A stretch of 64,000 nt of DNA. It comes from Octopus vulgaris (lineage: Eukaryota). The notes under the pieces were generated by a model that was not told the origin of the DNA, did no database searches, and saw nothing but the letters and a program-made list of their open reading frames with translations. Below are positions 13,313 to 27,120 of this stretch, piece after piece. The first letter of the stretch is position 1. The number at the start of each line of letters is the position of its first letter. The stretch is taken from contig OX597830.1 in the NCBI GenBank assembly GCA_951406725.2, forward strand, positions 17,732,001 through 17,796,000, in the 5' to 3' direction. A program made the translations under genes and the position numbers.

Positions 13313-13487
13313 ATCGGTTTAAGTAATTGAGATTCAAGTGAATTCTAATGAATTCACATGAATATGGTCCTTAACTAGGATGCACCGGAAATCTATATGG
13401 TGTTAACCATACGACAAGTGGGGTGATTACAAATAGGAAAAAAGCAACAAGAATGGATTAAATCCATTCTTGTTGTTTTTTTCCTAT
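13313..13487 (-). mobile_element. (TA)n-flanked element with terminal 27-bp fold-back
   Basis: atgaatatggtccttaa...gcacc...ggtgatta...aagcaacaag is homologous to 55970-56075; hairpin at 13433-13487. Confidence 0.7.
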
Positions 13488-13603
13488 ATATATCTATATC
13501 TATATATGTATTATATATACAAACGTACATACACACACACACATAAATATATAGTTATACATACATGTGTACATATGCACGTACATGTGTGTTGCCTGTG
13601 GTT

Positions 13604-13664
<61 letters not shown>

Positions 13665-13719
13665 ATGTCTGTCCGTTTGTTCATGTTTACTTAAAGTCCT
13701 GTAAATTAGATAGATAGAT

Positions 13720-13833
<114 letters not shown>

Positions 13834-14872
13834 ACAACAACGATGAAATATGTATTTGAAACAAATTCAGGGATCGATAGGTCTGAAAGTAGTAAACGGA
13901 TTAAAGATTAAAATGGTATATCCAATCATTAGTCAAAATAATATTCTGAAGACCTTTCGTTAGTCTTTACTTTCTGAGTTCAAATTCCGCTGAGGTCGAC
14001 TTTGCCTTTCATCCTTTAGCGGTCGAGAAATTAAGTACCAGTTGCGTACCGGGTCGATCTAATCGACTAGCCCCCTCACCCAAAATTTCGGGTCTTTGCC
14101 TAGAATAGAAACTAATATTCTCAAGATCACCAGTAACGCCATCACACGTCAACTACGAATATCTAAGATACTAAATTTTCTACCACCAGCACAGACGATA
14201 TTGTTGTGGTTGTTGTTGTTTTGGCCCCGGGCCATCCCTAATCAAACAGGGCAGATCTTTAGGTCAATGATATACATGTTGTAACTGTCCTCTCATTTAA
14301 GGGTAATCTAGAACTTCATTAACAAGTATGTCCTTTCGTTATTTATGATGGGGAAGACGGCGAGCAGGAAGAATCGTTACCGCGCCCTGACAATATGCTA
14401 AGCAGCATTTTTTCCCCTCTTCACGTTCTAAGTTCAAATTCCGTCGAGGCCAACTTTGCTTTTCATTCTTTCGGTGACGATTAAATAAGTATCAGTCAAT
14501 CATTGGAAGTTAATATAATCGATTAGCTTCCCCCCTCCAAATTTTTAGGCTCTCTGCCTATAGTAGAAAGGACCATTTATGATGGACGAGTGCAGTTGAG
14601 TGGCCGAATCGTTAGAGTATCGGACAAAATGATTTGTGATATTTCTCCCTACCTTTTATGTTCTGAGTTCAAACCCCACTGAGGTCAACTTTGCCTTTCA
14701 TCTTCCCAAAATCGATAAAATATTGTACCAGGCAAGTAACAGAGTCGATGTAATCGGGTAATTTCTTTCCCCAGCAATTGCTGACATTGGGCCTAAAGAG
14801 AAACGACAACACGGCAGGGTACGATTTGAGGTAGATTTCGTTGTTATTTCTGGCAGACTGAACAGTTAAAAA

Positions 14873-15092
14873 CAGTCGTTCTCAACCGGGATCCACATCA
14901 CCCTTAGGGGTCCATATAAGATTTCGTTGTTAAAATTTGTGCAATAAATTGATTATACGTCTACAGTACACAAAATCCTAATAAGATTTAATTATAAAAA
15001 TAAAATAGGAATTTTGAAAACATCAAATATGATTAAGTAGGGATCACCAGAATAAAATAAAAATAAAACAAAGAGAACAAAGTGTACGCACG

Positions 15093-15167
<75 letters not shown>

Positions 15168-15471
15168 TAGGGAGTTATATGTTTTATAAAAATATATATT
15201 ATTTGTTATTTATGTATTGGTTTATGTCTGTAACTGTTTGAGTTGCATAATAGTGGTTTTATCTCTAATTTATATTTTATATATATATATATGCATATAT
15301 ATATATAATACAAAATGGGGCAAGAACACAAAACATCCGGACAGCTAGGTGATACAAAAAGGGACAACAAAACATCCAGATAGACGATACAAAGAAAACA
15401 AGGACGGGTCATTCGAAGTTTTCTTTCTTAAACAAAGAGATCTATTGCCAAAAAATGGTTACGAAACACTG
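14873..15471. mobile_element. hAT-type MITE (CAGT...ACTG termini) with nested TA tract and repeat
   Basis: cagtcgttctcaacc ... ggttacgaaacactg; related fragment at ~39040-39130. Confidence 0.55.
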
Positions 15472-15496
15472 ATTTGGAAGTTGCTGCTTGTTTATA

Positions 15497-16140
15497 CAGG
15501 GCAGCGCAAAATATAGGAAGACAATAAGTACCGCATCAATGTTATGATACTTAATTCATTAAAATTATTTGCACATTTGTAGCTTGCTTACCAGCCACAT
15601 GGTTCCGGGTTCAGTCCCACCGCGTGGCATCTTGGGCAAGTGTCTTCTGCTATAGCCCCGGGCCGACCAAAAGCCTTGTGAGTGGATTTGGTAGACAGAA
15701 ACTGAAAGAAGCCTGTCGTATATATGTATATATATATGTGTATGTGTGTGTATATGTTTGTGTGTCTGTGTTTGTCCTCCTAGCATTGCTTGACAACCGA
15801 TGCTGGCGTGTTTACGTCCCCGTCACTTAGCGGTTCGGCAAAAGAGACCGATAGAATAAGTACTGGGCTTACAAAGAATAAGTCCTGGGGTCGATTTGCT
15901 CGACTAAAGGCGGTGCTCCAGCATGGCTGCAGTCAAATGACTGAAACAAGTAAAAGAGAGTAAAAGAGAGTATTAGATTAGTTAGCCTCATTTTTTATAT
16001 TTTCACTGTCATTAATCATAATAATGCATTTATCATAACTATAACAATACTTTTGTCGTAACTTTTTTTGATAAAAATAAATGAATATTGTACGTGTTTT
16101 ATTTTTTTCATCAGTGTATACCTACTTTTGCACTACCCTG
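15497..16140. mobile_element. Tc1/mariner-type MITE interrupted by SINE B
   Basis: ta|cagggcagcgcaaaatatagg ... cctacttttgcactaccctg|ta. Confidence 0.65.
15579..15970 (+). mobile_element. SINE type B, 5'-truncated
   Basis: High identity to 2875-3306. Confidence 0.92.
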
Positions 16141-16527
16141 TAGGTATCTGTGTTAAAGTTTAATACCAAATAGGTTTACAATGGCCACTACTAAGTATAA
16201 CAGCTTCTGGGGAAGATACGAACTCAGAATCTATCGAAGAGAAACTAAGTGCTACAGAAAAGGCCAATTAGTCTGGTTTTAGCTATTCGAAGAAAATTGA
16301 CGGAAAGTTATGTTCTGAACTACCCGTGTTGTTCTAGTCCTAACTATACACATGCGGGGGTGCACGCGTGCACACACACGCACATACACACACACACGCG
16401 CATGTATATACACACATTTTATATGTGCATACAAATGAAAAAAACATGCATGCATACACACATACTCACACCCACACTAGGAGTAAAATATTTATTCATG
16501 AACTTGGTAGAAGGTTCTCTAACTTAA

Positions 16528-16756
16528 AGGCGAGCTGGCAGAAGCGTTATCACGCCGGACGAAATGCTTAACGGTTTATCGTCTGCCGTTATGTTCTCAG
16601 TTCAAATTCCGCCGAGGTCGACTTTGCCTTTCATCCTCTCGGGGTCGATAAATTAAGTACCAGTTACGCACTGGGGTCGATGTAATCGACTTAATCCCTT
16701 CGTCTGTCCTTGTTTGTCCCCTCTATTTTTGGCCCCTTGTGGACAATAAAGAAATA
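16528..16756 (+). mobile_element. SINE type C with 17-bp TSD
   Basis: TSD agaaggttctctaactt at 16509-16525 and 16757-16773. Confidence 0.93.
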
Positions 16757-17002
16757 AGAAGGTTCTCTAACTTCATGGCGACCAACAGTTTCCTAAGTAG
16801 TTACATCACGCGGTGTAGGGACCTTTAGATCAATCTGGAGACCCCCGTATTATTGATATCTACACTTATATATATATATATATATATATATATTTCTATA
16901 TATATATATATAGAGAGAGAGAGATCTATCTATCTACCTATCTTTCTATCTACCTATCTATCTATATGTCTGTCTGTCTATCTACCTGTCTGTCTGTCTG
17001 TC

Positions 17003-17044
<42 letters not shown>

Positions 17045-17650
17045 GAGACAGACAGACAGAATCAATCAGAGAGATATAAGGAGTCACAGAGGCAGAAGAG
17101 AGAGAGAAAGAGAGGTAGATAAATAGATAGATACACATAAATATATATATATACACACATATCTATAAGCATGCATATCTATACATGCACAGTAAAATGA
17201 TAACTTCATTTGTTGTTCCTCTTTAGCCCCAACATCAAAGACATTTCCTTCAATCTTTTAACAGTGATCATTAAACTATCTTATACATGGTTTTCCTTAT
17301 ATTAATAACAGTGTCATTTGAGTGAGATTTGGCTACTGTTCAACTAGATCTATCAGATAAACCTTCCTAAAATGACACCTCTCTATATCAAAAAACTAAA
17401 CCACTGTATTGGAAAATATGGTCTTAGATATACTGCTTAAATAGAAGAAAAGACAGGATGGTCTCAGCTGGAACACTTAGATCATAAGTTCGATATGACA
17501 CCCGTAGTCGATATTTCAAACAGCAGTTTTGCTGTCACACTGTAGATTATATCTAAAAATGCAGACTTGTTAATCTGTGTTACATTGGGAAACAGACTTC
17601 ACCAGAGATACGAGCAAAAGTGGCAATATATGTATGTTTGTATGTAAACG

Positions 17651-17679
<29 letters not shown>

Positions 17680-17681
<2 letters not shown>

Positions 17682-17880
17682 CTCTTTACTTGTTTCAGTC
17701 ATTTGACTGCGACCATGCTGGAGCACCGCCTTTAGTTGAGCAAATCGACCCCAGGACTTATTCTTTGTAAGCCTAGTACTTATTCTATCGGCCTATTTGC
17801 CGAACCGCTAAGTAACGAGGACGTAAACACACCAGCATCGGTGATCAAGCGATGTTGTGAGGACAAACAGAGACACACAA

Positions 17881-17945
<65 letters not shown>

Positions 17946-18148
17946 CATACATATATACACATACATACATACATACATATATACGACGGGTTTCTTTCAG
18001 TTCCCGTCTACCAAATCCAGTCACAAGGCTTTTGGCCGGTCCGAGACTATAGTAGAAGTCACTTGCCCAAGGTGCAATGCAGTGGGACTGAACCCAGAAC
18101 CATGTGGTTCGTAAGCAAGCTACTTGCCACAGAGCCACTCCTACGCCT
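17680..18148 (-). mobile_element. SINE type B
   Basis: Reverse complement of the 2875-3306 family. Confidence 0.92.
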
Positions 18149-19337
18149 CTATATGTGTGTGTATGCATATATGTGTGTGTGAATGTGTGTGTGTGTGTGT
18201 GTGTTTGTATGAGTGCATACATATTGAGATATGTGCAGTTGAGATGTTGATGCCTTTCTCAATGAAATAGATGACATAAGTGAAATGATATGCTTGCAAA
18301 CAAACTGGAAGTCATGTGTCAATGCGTTAAAAAACAATTTAAGCTGAATGGGAAAATGTGAAGGGCAAAAGCTCAATGACACAAGCGCTGGATTTGAAAT
18401 TAATATACTTCATTTCAAAAAGATGTACAAAACGTAGGTTTTTTTTTATATTCTTGTGAAATGGTATATTAGCATTTAGCCTAAGAACTTTCAGAAGTTA
18501 CAGAGCTGGCTCATTAGTTTTCGCAGTACGAGGTGGTGCTGCGTGTCATACGATACGGCCTCCTGTATAAAAATGGGCGGTGCGAATATACATAATATAA
18601 TTTATAATAACGAAAACAAATAATAGGATATCAAATGGCAAGACATCTAAATGAAGGCGTGATTGATTACTAAACTGGTATGTGATTTGGAAAATATAAT
18701 GAGATATTGCGAAATCTAAGCAACTGTGCGGCTTTACAAAACTGTTCTGGGATGGTTAAACTATGATGAGGTTATTAAATTCTATATACGGGGATGGGAA
18801 AACCCTCAGCCGCAGGCGAGATTCCGACTGCAGCTAAATTTGAAACCATTTCTAACGAAGTTGCTAAAGGCGGATATAAAAATAAATCAGTTTCCCCTTG
18901 AGGCCTATAAGACACGCTTAAGATACATATCTATGAATTTGTAAAATTATTGATTCAGTATTTTTCTCAACACGCACATTAATTAATCCCAAGTATTGAA
19001 GAGGCCATCCACCCCTCCTCTGTGATATTGTAAAATCGAAATATTATGTGGCTTAACTAAATATCATATCTGAAACATGACGTCATTATTAAAGTTTAAT
19101 ATAGACAGAACTTGTTAGAGTCTGCAAAATTATCTAAAATTATTGTTCTTTGCGTCTCTAGTTCAAATCTACCGAGCTCAACTTTTTTTCTTTTATACTT
19201 CTGTGGTCGATAAAACAAAGTACCAGACAAGTACTGTACTCGATTTAATCGACTGATTTTGTGTCTATATGTAATCAAAACGTCATGCCTAAATATAAAT
19301 CTGTGAAATTAGATATTTATTTTTTTTTTTAATACAG

Positions 19338-19397
19338 ATGGAGACTCACTCATTGCTATATACTTGCTATTCCCCCATTCAGTGCTTGGACACACCG
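19338..19397 (+). CDS. Candidate small exon, unknown gene
   Basis: Strong acceptor (T-run + aatacAG), unique sequence, possible donor CC|GTTAGT; all three frames are open, so the frame is unresolved. Confidence 0.25.
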
Positions 19398-20562
19398 TTA
19401 GTGTTGTTTCCTAGTGACTCTGAGTGTTTTAGGTCTTACAACATACACTTCCATCGTCGTAAATATAAAAATATTTATGATATTATGCGATATAATGTAC
19501 AATATAATGTGACTATTAAGTTGCCATGTGATATTTTGATATACTCTAATGAGATAACCTACAAGGGCGTTCCATTGGCAGAATCGTTAATGCAATGGAC
19601 TAAATGCCATGTGGTATTTGTTCCTCCGACTTTTTACATTCTGGGTTCAAATCTCGCTAAAGTCAACTTTACCACTCATCCTAACGGGCTCGATAAAATA
19701 AATTATCAGTGAAGTTCGATTTAATCGACTAACTCTTTCTGTACTAAATTTGTTGTATAATGTCCATGTGAAAAATTATCATTATTATTTAAACAATGAT
19801 AGCATTATTACATAAGATGTGATATGACGTGATACTTTAACTATGAATAAAATTATGATGTGATTGTGTGAGGTATTTAATTACAGAATTGTTTATGTTG
19901 GTGATATCTAATCTATGGTATATTTAATAAAATGTATATTGTGGTATATTTAATTTCTAGTGAGATTTTGTTATATATTACTGTTATAAATTATCCCTAA
20001 GTTAATCTCCAAACTAGCCCTGATCGAATAAAGCTATGATCATTATCCAATGTGATGTTTTTTTAAAGGTCTTAGTATGTACTTTGATGTATATTTGGAT
20101 GCTATTTTCAGTGATTCTCTGTGTTTCATAAGGGATGGATTCAGCCAGCACGTCGGTAAGAAATACAGAAAAACCAAAAGGAGTTACGTGAATATCAAAC
20201 GAGTTCCCCATTTAAAAACAAAACCTCACAATCCCCTTATGTTTAGAGAGGATTCCCGCACGAAGGACCCAAAACATTTTTGCTCCAGCTTCAGAAAATT
20301 GTTTTCTGGGGCTCAGGTCGTAAATCACAAAGTGATACATACATACATAGATACATACATAAATACATACATACTTACGCACATACATACATACATACAT
20401 ACATACATACATACATACATACATACATACATACATACATACATACATACATACATACATACATAGTAAGAATTTACAAAAACACAAAAGACGAAGACGG
20501 GTGTGTAAACAACAAACAGATGTATTAGTTTAACGCTCGGGAAGTGATATATATATATATGA

Positions 20563-20855
20563 AGGCGCATGGCTTAATGGCTAGGGTGTTACAATTGCGA
20601 TTGCGAGATCGTGATTTCGATTCCCAGACCGGCCGTTGCATTGTGTTCTTGAGCAAAGCACTTCATTTCACGTTGCTCTGCGATCACTTCGTCATATGAC
20701 AATGCGGCACGCAGTTCATCTGTACAGATAATGTCGATTTGAAAGAGGGAGTGAGCTTATGGGAACAAACAACGTATGATCACTATAAACAAATCATCAG
20801 TGTGATTGTTTGGTAAGAAATTAACCCTCATACGTCGTCTAACGATGGGAGAGTC
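20563..20855 (+). mobile_element. Diverged tRNA-derived SINE (type D-like)
   Basis: aggcgcatggcttaatgg...tttcgattcccagaccgg...ttgtgttcttgagcaaagcacttcatttcacgttgctc. Confidence 0.7.
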
Positions 20856-20867
20856 TATGATATATTA

Positions 20868-21648
20868 AGGCGGCGAGCCGGCAGAATCGTTAGCACGCCG
20901 GGCGAAATGCTAAGCAGTATTTCGTCTGCCGCTACGTTCTGAGTTCAAATTCCGCCGAGGTCAACTTTGCCTTTCATCATTTAGGGGTCGATTAAATAAA
21001 TACCAGTTACGCACTGGGGTTGATATAATCGACTTAATCCCTTTGTCCTTGTTTGTCCTCTTTGTGTTTAGCCCCTTGTGAGTAGTAAAGAAATAGGTAT
21101 TTCGTCTGCCGCTACGTTCTGAGTTCAAATTCCGCCGAGGTCGACTTTGCCTTTCATCCTTTCGGGGTCGATTAAATAAGTACCAGTTGAACACTGGGGT
21201 CGATATAATTAACTTAATCCCTTTGTCTGTCCTTGTTTGTCCTCTCTGTGTTTAGCCCCTTGTGGGTAGTAAAGAAATAGGTATTTTGTCTGCCGCTACG
21301 TTCTGAGTTCAAATTCCACCGAGGTCGACTTTGCCTTTCATCCTTTCGGGGTCGATTAAATAAGTACCAGTTGAACACTGGGGTCGATATAATCGACTTA
21401 ATCCCTTTGTCTGTCCTTGTTTGTCCTCTCTGTGTTTAGCCCCTTGTGGGTAGTAAAGAAATAGGTATTTCGTCTGACGCTACGTTCTGAGCTCAAATTC
21501 CGCCGAGGTCGGTTTTGCCTTTCATCCTTTCGGAGTCGATTAAATAAGTACCAGTTGAACACTGAGGTCGATATAATCGACTTAATCCCTTTGTCTCTCC
21601 TTGTTTGTCCCCTCTGTATGTAGCCCCTTGTGGGCAGTAAAGAAATAG
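20868..21648 (+). mobile_element. SINE type C concatemer: one head plus 4 tandem ~184-bp bodies
   Basis: Unit starts (gtattt.gtctg) at 20917, 21097, 21281, 21465; a single flanking TSD gtctatgatatat. Confidence 0.93.
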
Positions 21649-22372
21649 GGGTCTATGATATATGTATACAATATAAAAAGATTCAGGGGGTACCCAAAAC
21701 ATTTGTCAGGAGTTACATGTACTATTTACAACTGTTTGGTTCAATTCCATGCGACTTAATTAATTTTATGTGATACGAACTATGATGTGGTCAGTAAATT
21801 GTAAAGTGATATTTCGAATGCAGTGTACTGCCAACATATTCTAGCTGGATGAAATATAAGCTGAACTGTCAACTGCTACCCGTTAAACTGTGTATTATTT
21901 TAACAACATAGGTGGTGCATAAGCCGTGTGTTATTCTAACAACGTAGCATGAAATATCAACTATGTTGTTACTTCCCAACTCATTCGCTATCGTATTTAA
22001 ATGAGAAGATATGATATTTTTGATATTTAACCTCTGTAATGTGAAACCGAAATCGAATATGATATCATGATTGTTTAGTTACGAGACGTCACAATTTTTA
22101 CAAGCATTCTGTAATTTCTAAATTATTTTCTGTAATATCAAGATTGAGTTGTTATATTTATTTAAATGACGGTATGAAATCGAAACCCCTGTGTAACGTA
22201 CCAAGACTATAACCAGATGGCGCTAAATAAATACAGATGTAACACCTTAGATCAGGGATACAACAGAAGATTTTGGATCCCTGTTGTGTATTTAGCTACA
22301 ATATGACTGAGCGCATATTCTCACGTTTGAGCCTTATTGGACATACTTGCGTATGTATATGTATTGTAATAT

Positions 22373-22757
22373 GTGGAGGCGCAATGGCCCAGTGGTTAGG
22401 GCAGCGGACTCGCGGTCGTAGGATCGCGGTTTCGATTCCCAGACCGGGCGTTGTGAGTGTTTATTGAGCGAAAACACCTAAAAGCTCCACGAGGCTCAGG
22501 CAGGGGATGGTGGTGATCCCTGCTGTACTCTTTCACCACAACTTTCTCTCACTCTTACTTCCTGTTTCTGTTGTACCTGTATTTCAAGGGGCCGGCCTTG
22601 TCACTCTCTGTGTCACACTGAATATCCCCGGGAACTACGTTAAGGGTGCACGTGTCTGTGGAGTGCTCAGCCACTTACACGTTAATTTCACGAGCAGGCT
22701 GTTCCGTTGATTCGGATCAACCGGAACCCTCATCGTCGTAACCGACGGAGTGCTTCC
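22373..22757 (+). mobile_element. SINE type A, full length
   Basis: Near-identical to 2188-2570; TSD attgtaatat. Confidence 0.93.
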
Positions 22758-23144
22758 ATTGTAATATAATAGTTGTAAAATATACTGGTTTCTAAATTTG
22801 GCACAAGGCCAGGTGTTTCAGGGAAGGTGGTAAGTCGATTACATCGACTTTAGTACTCAACTGATACTTGCTTTATCGATCCCAGATGGATGAGTTGTAA
22901 AATACACGAAATATATATTTTACAACTCTATTCATTGCAACCTTCCTTCTTTAACACGGGTAAAATGTGATACTTGGGAGATGTAGATTGCTTCTAGCGG
23001 TTGAGTGATTGCAGGCCAAGATACGCTGCCTCGTTGTGGCGCAGGAAGCTATGATGTGGTATTTAAACAAGATTGGAATATTTAGACTAATTTGATATTC
23101 TTCATTCAGGGTCTGTGAAGGAAACCCTTCTCCATGAAATATCT

Positions 23145-23377
23145 TTACTCTTTTACTTGTCTCAGTCGAGAAAATCGACCCCATGACTTATTGTTTGTGA
23201 GCCTAGTACTTATTATATCGGTCTCTTTTGCCAAACCGCTAAGTTAAGGGGACGTAACCACACCAGCATCGGTTGTCAAGCGATGTTTGGGGTGACAAAC
23301 ACAGACACACAAACATATACACACACACATATATATACACACTCACACACACACACCGAGGCATACAAACACACACG

Positions 23378-23464
<87 letters not shown>

Positions 23465-23635
23465 TTATATACGACGGGTCTCTTTCAGTTTCCGTCTACC
23501 AAATCCACTTACAAGGCTTTGATCGGCCCGAGGCTATAGTAAAAGACACTTACCCACGGTGCCACACAGTGGGACTGAACTCGGAACCATGTGGATGGTA
23601 AGCAAGCTACTTACCACACAGCCACTCCTTCGCCT
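23145..23635 (-). mobile_element. SINE type B
   Basis: Reverse-complement match to the family. Confidence 0.9.
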
Positions 23636-24869
23636 CCTATAAAAATTACTCTGATCTGTTGTATGAAATCTAAGTTGTGTTATATCTAATTAAATTGGTG
23701 AGTGTAATATTATTACTCGGCAATTAAAGGTGGCTAACTGGAAGAACCGTCATTGCTCCGGACAAAATTCTTAGCGGCATTTTTTCCGGCATTTTATGTT
23801 CTGAGTCCAATCTCTCCAACGTCAACTTTGCCTTTCCTCGTTTTGGGGTCAACAAAGTAAGTACTAGTGAAGTACTGAGTCGATGTAGCCAACGTGTCCC
23901 GTCTCCCTGGCATTACTGGCCTTGTGCCAAAATTTGAAACAATTATTATTCGGCAGTTATGTACAAACTACCGGGTAATATCATACTCAGACCCAAAGGG
24001 GAAATATACAGCATCTTAATACAAGGCTTAAGAGGTAAGTTGAGTATTTCGAACCCGGAAGAGTAAAAGGCAGTGTTGACCTCCGAACGCAAAGAGACAT
24101 AACTAAATAGGCCAAAGATATTCTTAATCGACGGTCTAACGATTCTGCCATGGTAGCTATATACTGATGTGTTATTTAAACTAAGAAGAAATATGATATC
24201 TGCTAGATTAATATGATGTATAAAGTATCGTTTAAAAACATGTTATATGAAGTATTGTTTAAAAAAATCTCGTATCTACAGACGTACAAGGCTGGAGTTC
24301 GTCTTAAACGACTGGAAGTACAAGACTTACTCTTGTCTGTCGCAAGGTTAACCCGCAGCGGTAGTGGACACACATTCATCCGAAAGAAATAACGTGAAAA
24401 GTAGTGCTTTGTTCAAAGACACAATGCGTTCTTATGTCTGAATATCGAACCCAGAACATAATGAACGTTATCCCAAGATCAAAAGCACATTCTCTGCGTG
24501 CCTTTCAATGCGATATGTGATAGCACTATATATATATATATAATACAAATAAGATAATGAGAACATCAGCTTTTGAAGTTCTCATTTGTAAAATGAATAA
24601 ATAATCTAACATTATAATATCCGTAAGTTGATAAACAAACTGAATTTGTTTCTCCATTTTCTTTTTTGTATTGTAAATTTACGGCAAAAAATATTTCTTT
24701 ATCTTTCACCCGTTTAATACAATAAATGAATTAATTGCATTGCAATTAAAAACATTTATGTATTAAGAATTTGGGCACTTTACCAACAGTATATTGGATA
24801 AATGAAATCCCATAGTGGGTTACACCCATAACCCCTATCTTACTTTGTATATATATATTGTTTTATTAG

Positions 24870-25249
24870 CTTTCTTGATTCAATCATTTGACTGTGGTCA
24901 TGCTGGATTACCGCCTTGAAGGTTTTAGTCGAACAAATCGACCCCGGGGCTTATTTTAAAGCCTAATACTTATTCTATCAGTCTCTTTTGCTGTTTTAAT
25001 TAAGGGGACGTAAACACACCAACACAGATTGCCAAGCGGTGATGGGGCTGGAGACAAGCACAGGCACAAAGACACACACACACAGAGATATATACGACGG
25101 GCTTCTTTCAGTTTCCGCCCAATCACAAGGCTTTAGTCGGCCCGAGGCTTTAGTAGAAGATACTTGCGCAAGGTGTAACGCAGTGGGACTGAACACGCAA
25201 CCATATCATTGGAAAGCAAGTTTCTTACCACACAGCCACGCCTGCGCCT
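24870..25249 (-). mobile_element. SINE type B, diverged
   Basis: Reverse-complement match to the family. Confidence 0.85.
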
Positions 25250-25271
25250 ATACAAACACACACATATATAT

Positions 25272-25468
25272 TCGCCATGATAGATCGCTAGCTAACGCAC
25301 ATTCTTTATTTTCTCTCGTTTCTTTCTGTGTTCCTTTCTGTGGAAGAGCGTACGCTCGAAACGTTAAAAACCTTTTCACTACCAGAGCGTTATACTAATA
25401 CATCAGTTTGTTGTCTACACCACCTGTCTTCGTCTTTTGTTTTTGCTTTATTTTTTTGTGAATTGTCC

Positions 25469-25472
<4 letters not shown>
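25272..25472 (+). mobile_element. Penelope-like terminal-repeat element with variant hammerhead motif
   Basis: Homologous to 50411-50597(-) and 20465-20547(-); ttt-CTGTGGA-A-GAGC-gtac-GCTC-GAA-ACGT-T-aaa at 25335-25368; ends in (TA)n. Confidence 0.7.
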
Positions 25473-25521
<49 letters not shown>

Positions 25522-25524
<3 letters not shown>

Positions 25525-26034
25525 GCAGTATCGCCCGGCGTTGCTCGGGTTTGTAAGGGAAATAACTATATAAGCATTTTTAGAGAGTTACTTCCTTTAT
25601 AGATGCCAATTCGGGCTTTCTTAGCCATTTCTGTTTTGGTGTCTTCAAGCCATGAAGTCGTTGTTCTAAAAGAACGCTGGTCTCCTTGACAACACTTTAC
25701 GACATTGATTTCCTTACACTCCCTTCCCTACAGCTTCACGAGGGAGGGAAGAAGGGGGAGAAGCAAACACAGGTGCAGGTGTTTGAGCGTGGACGCCAAC
25801 TCCGCCGCCATCGACACACGAAAAATTATGCATTAAAATGGAATAAAAATGTTAAATTATTTTTAAAATCGTAGATTCATCGTAGACGCGCGCTTCTAGC
25901 CAGACGGGCTCGAAATTAATCACGACTATAAGATACCCGAATTTGGTTAAACTGCACCGCAAAATGTGGGAGGAGTTAGGAATCTAAATCGTAGGAGACA
26001 GACACTCACAGAACTACAGTTTTATATATATAGA
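25522..26034 (-). mobile_element. Non-autonomous Helitron
   Basis: Minus strand starts a|TCTATATATATAAAA and ends with hairpin cccgagcaacgccggg plus CTAC (CTAG variant)|t. Confidence 0.8.
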
Positions 26035-26036
26035 TA

Positions 26037-26266
26037 TGGGGTGGCCCAAAAGTAGGTTCACAGTTATTCAACTATCTCTTTCGCATTCATATATTAACAG
26101 TTGAGATCTTAATTATAAAAAATTTGAAATCATTATTGTATGCTAATTTAGTTAATTTTGTCAAGCTTCCTTTTCAGTTTGTCAGATAGAAATTTTTATG
26201 TAATAAAATGTTTTAAAAGAAATTTCAGGTGCCTATGTAATAACTGTAAACCTAATTTGGGGCCAC

Positions 26267-26270
<4 letters not shown>
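26037..26270. mobile_element. Tc1/mariner-type MITE
   Basis: TIRs ggggtggcccaaaagtaggttcacagttatt / aataactgtaaacctaatttggggccactc with TA flanks. Confidence 0.8.
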
Positions 26271-26314
<44 letters not shown>

Positions 26315-26329
26315 TAGAGAGAGAGAGAG

Positions 26330-26405
<76 letters not shown>

Positions 26406-27120
26406 GATATGAAATATATTATATATATAATATGGTATATATATATTATATATATATATATATATATGATATAATGTACACACCCGCATATATATATATA
26501 TATATTCACTCATATGTATATATTTCTTATGTAATATATATTTCAAGAACTTCTGTAATATCTAATAATAAATTTTGTAATAACTTTTGTAATATCGGCT
26601 TCTGATAGGATATCTGATACTATTTTAGGATATCAATTTAGTAGACCAATGTAGATATTTCAATTGTGAGCCAATATCCAAGATGCGTATTAGGTCTATG
26701 CTGTGAGTTATATATCGTAGAATGGGCGGTAGTATTTAATCATGTTTGTCTTTTTTCTTTTTCGAAAATTCTATAATATTGAATACATTCTCAATGATCT
26801 CAAAATAACTTATTAATTATGGAAACTAGTTTAGAGACTATGGTATACTTATATTATTGCAAATTTTAAACAAATGTAATAAACGGAATGTTTCCAACGC
26901 AGAAATAAAATTGCGAAAACGAAAAATAAATTAAAATATTTATTTCTTCATAACGATGATCTATTCCATATTCTGTCTTATGATGTAAACATATGACGTC
27001 ATAGCTATGACGTAACAGTGTGGAATATCCAAATAAGAACTGATATCTAAATTATATGATAAATAACGTGATAGCTAAACTATTTGGAAACTATGTAAGG
27101 TTTATAACAATTATATAAAT

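Noticed and set aside
18600-18960. Unique, coding-like composition
   Set aside because: No recognisable motif or splice pair; only a short ORF.
20917-21100. Ribozyme inside the tandem SINE C unit (retrozyme hypothesis)
   Set aside because: No CUGANGA/GAAA hammerhead core found on either strand by eye.
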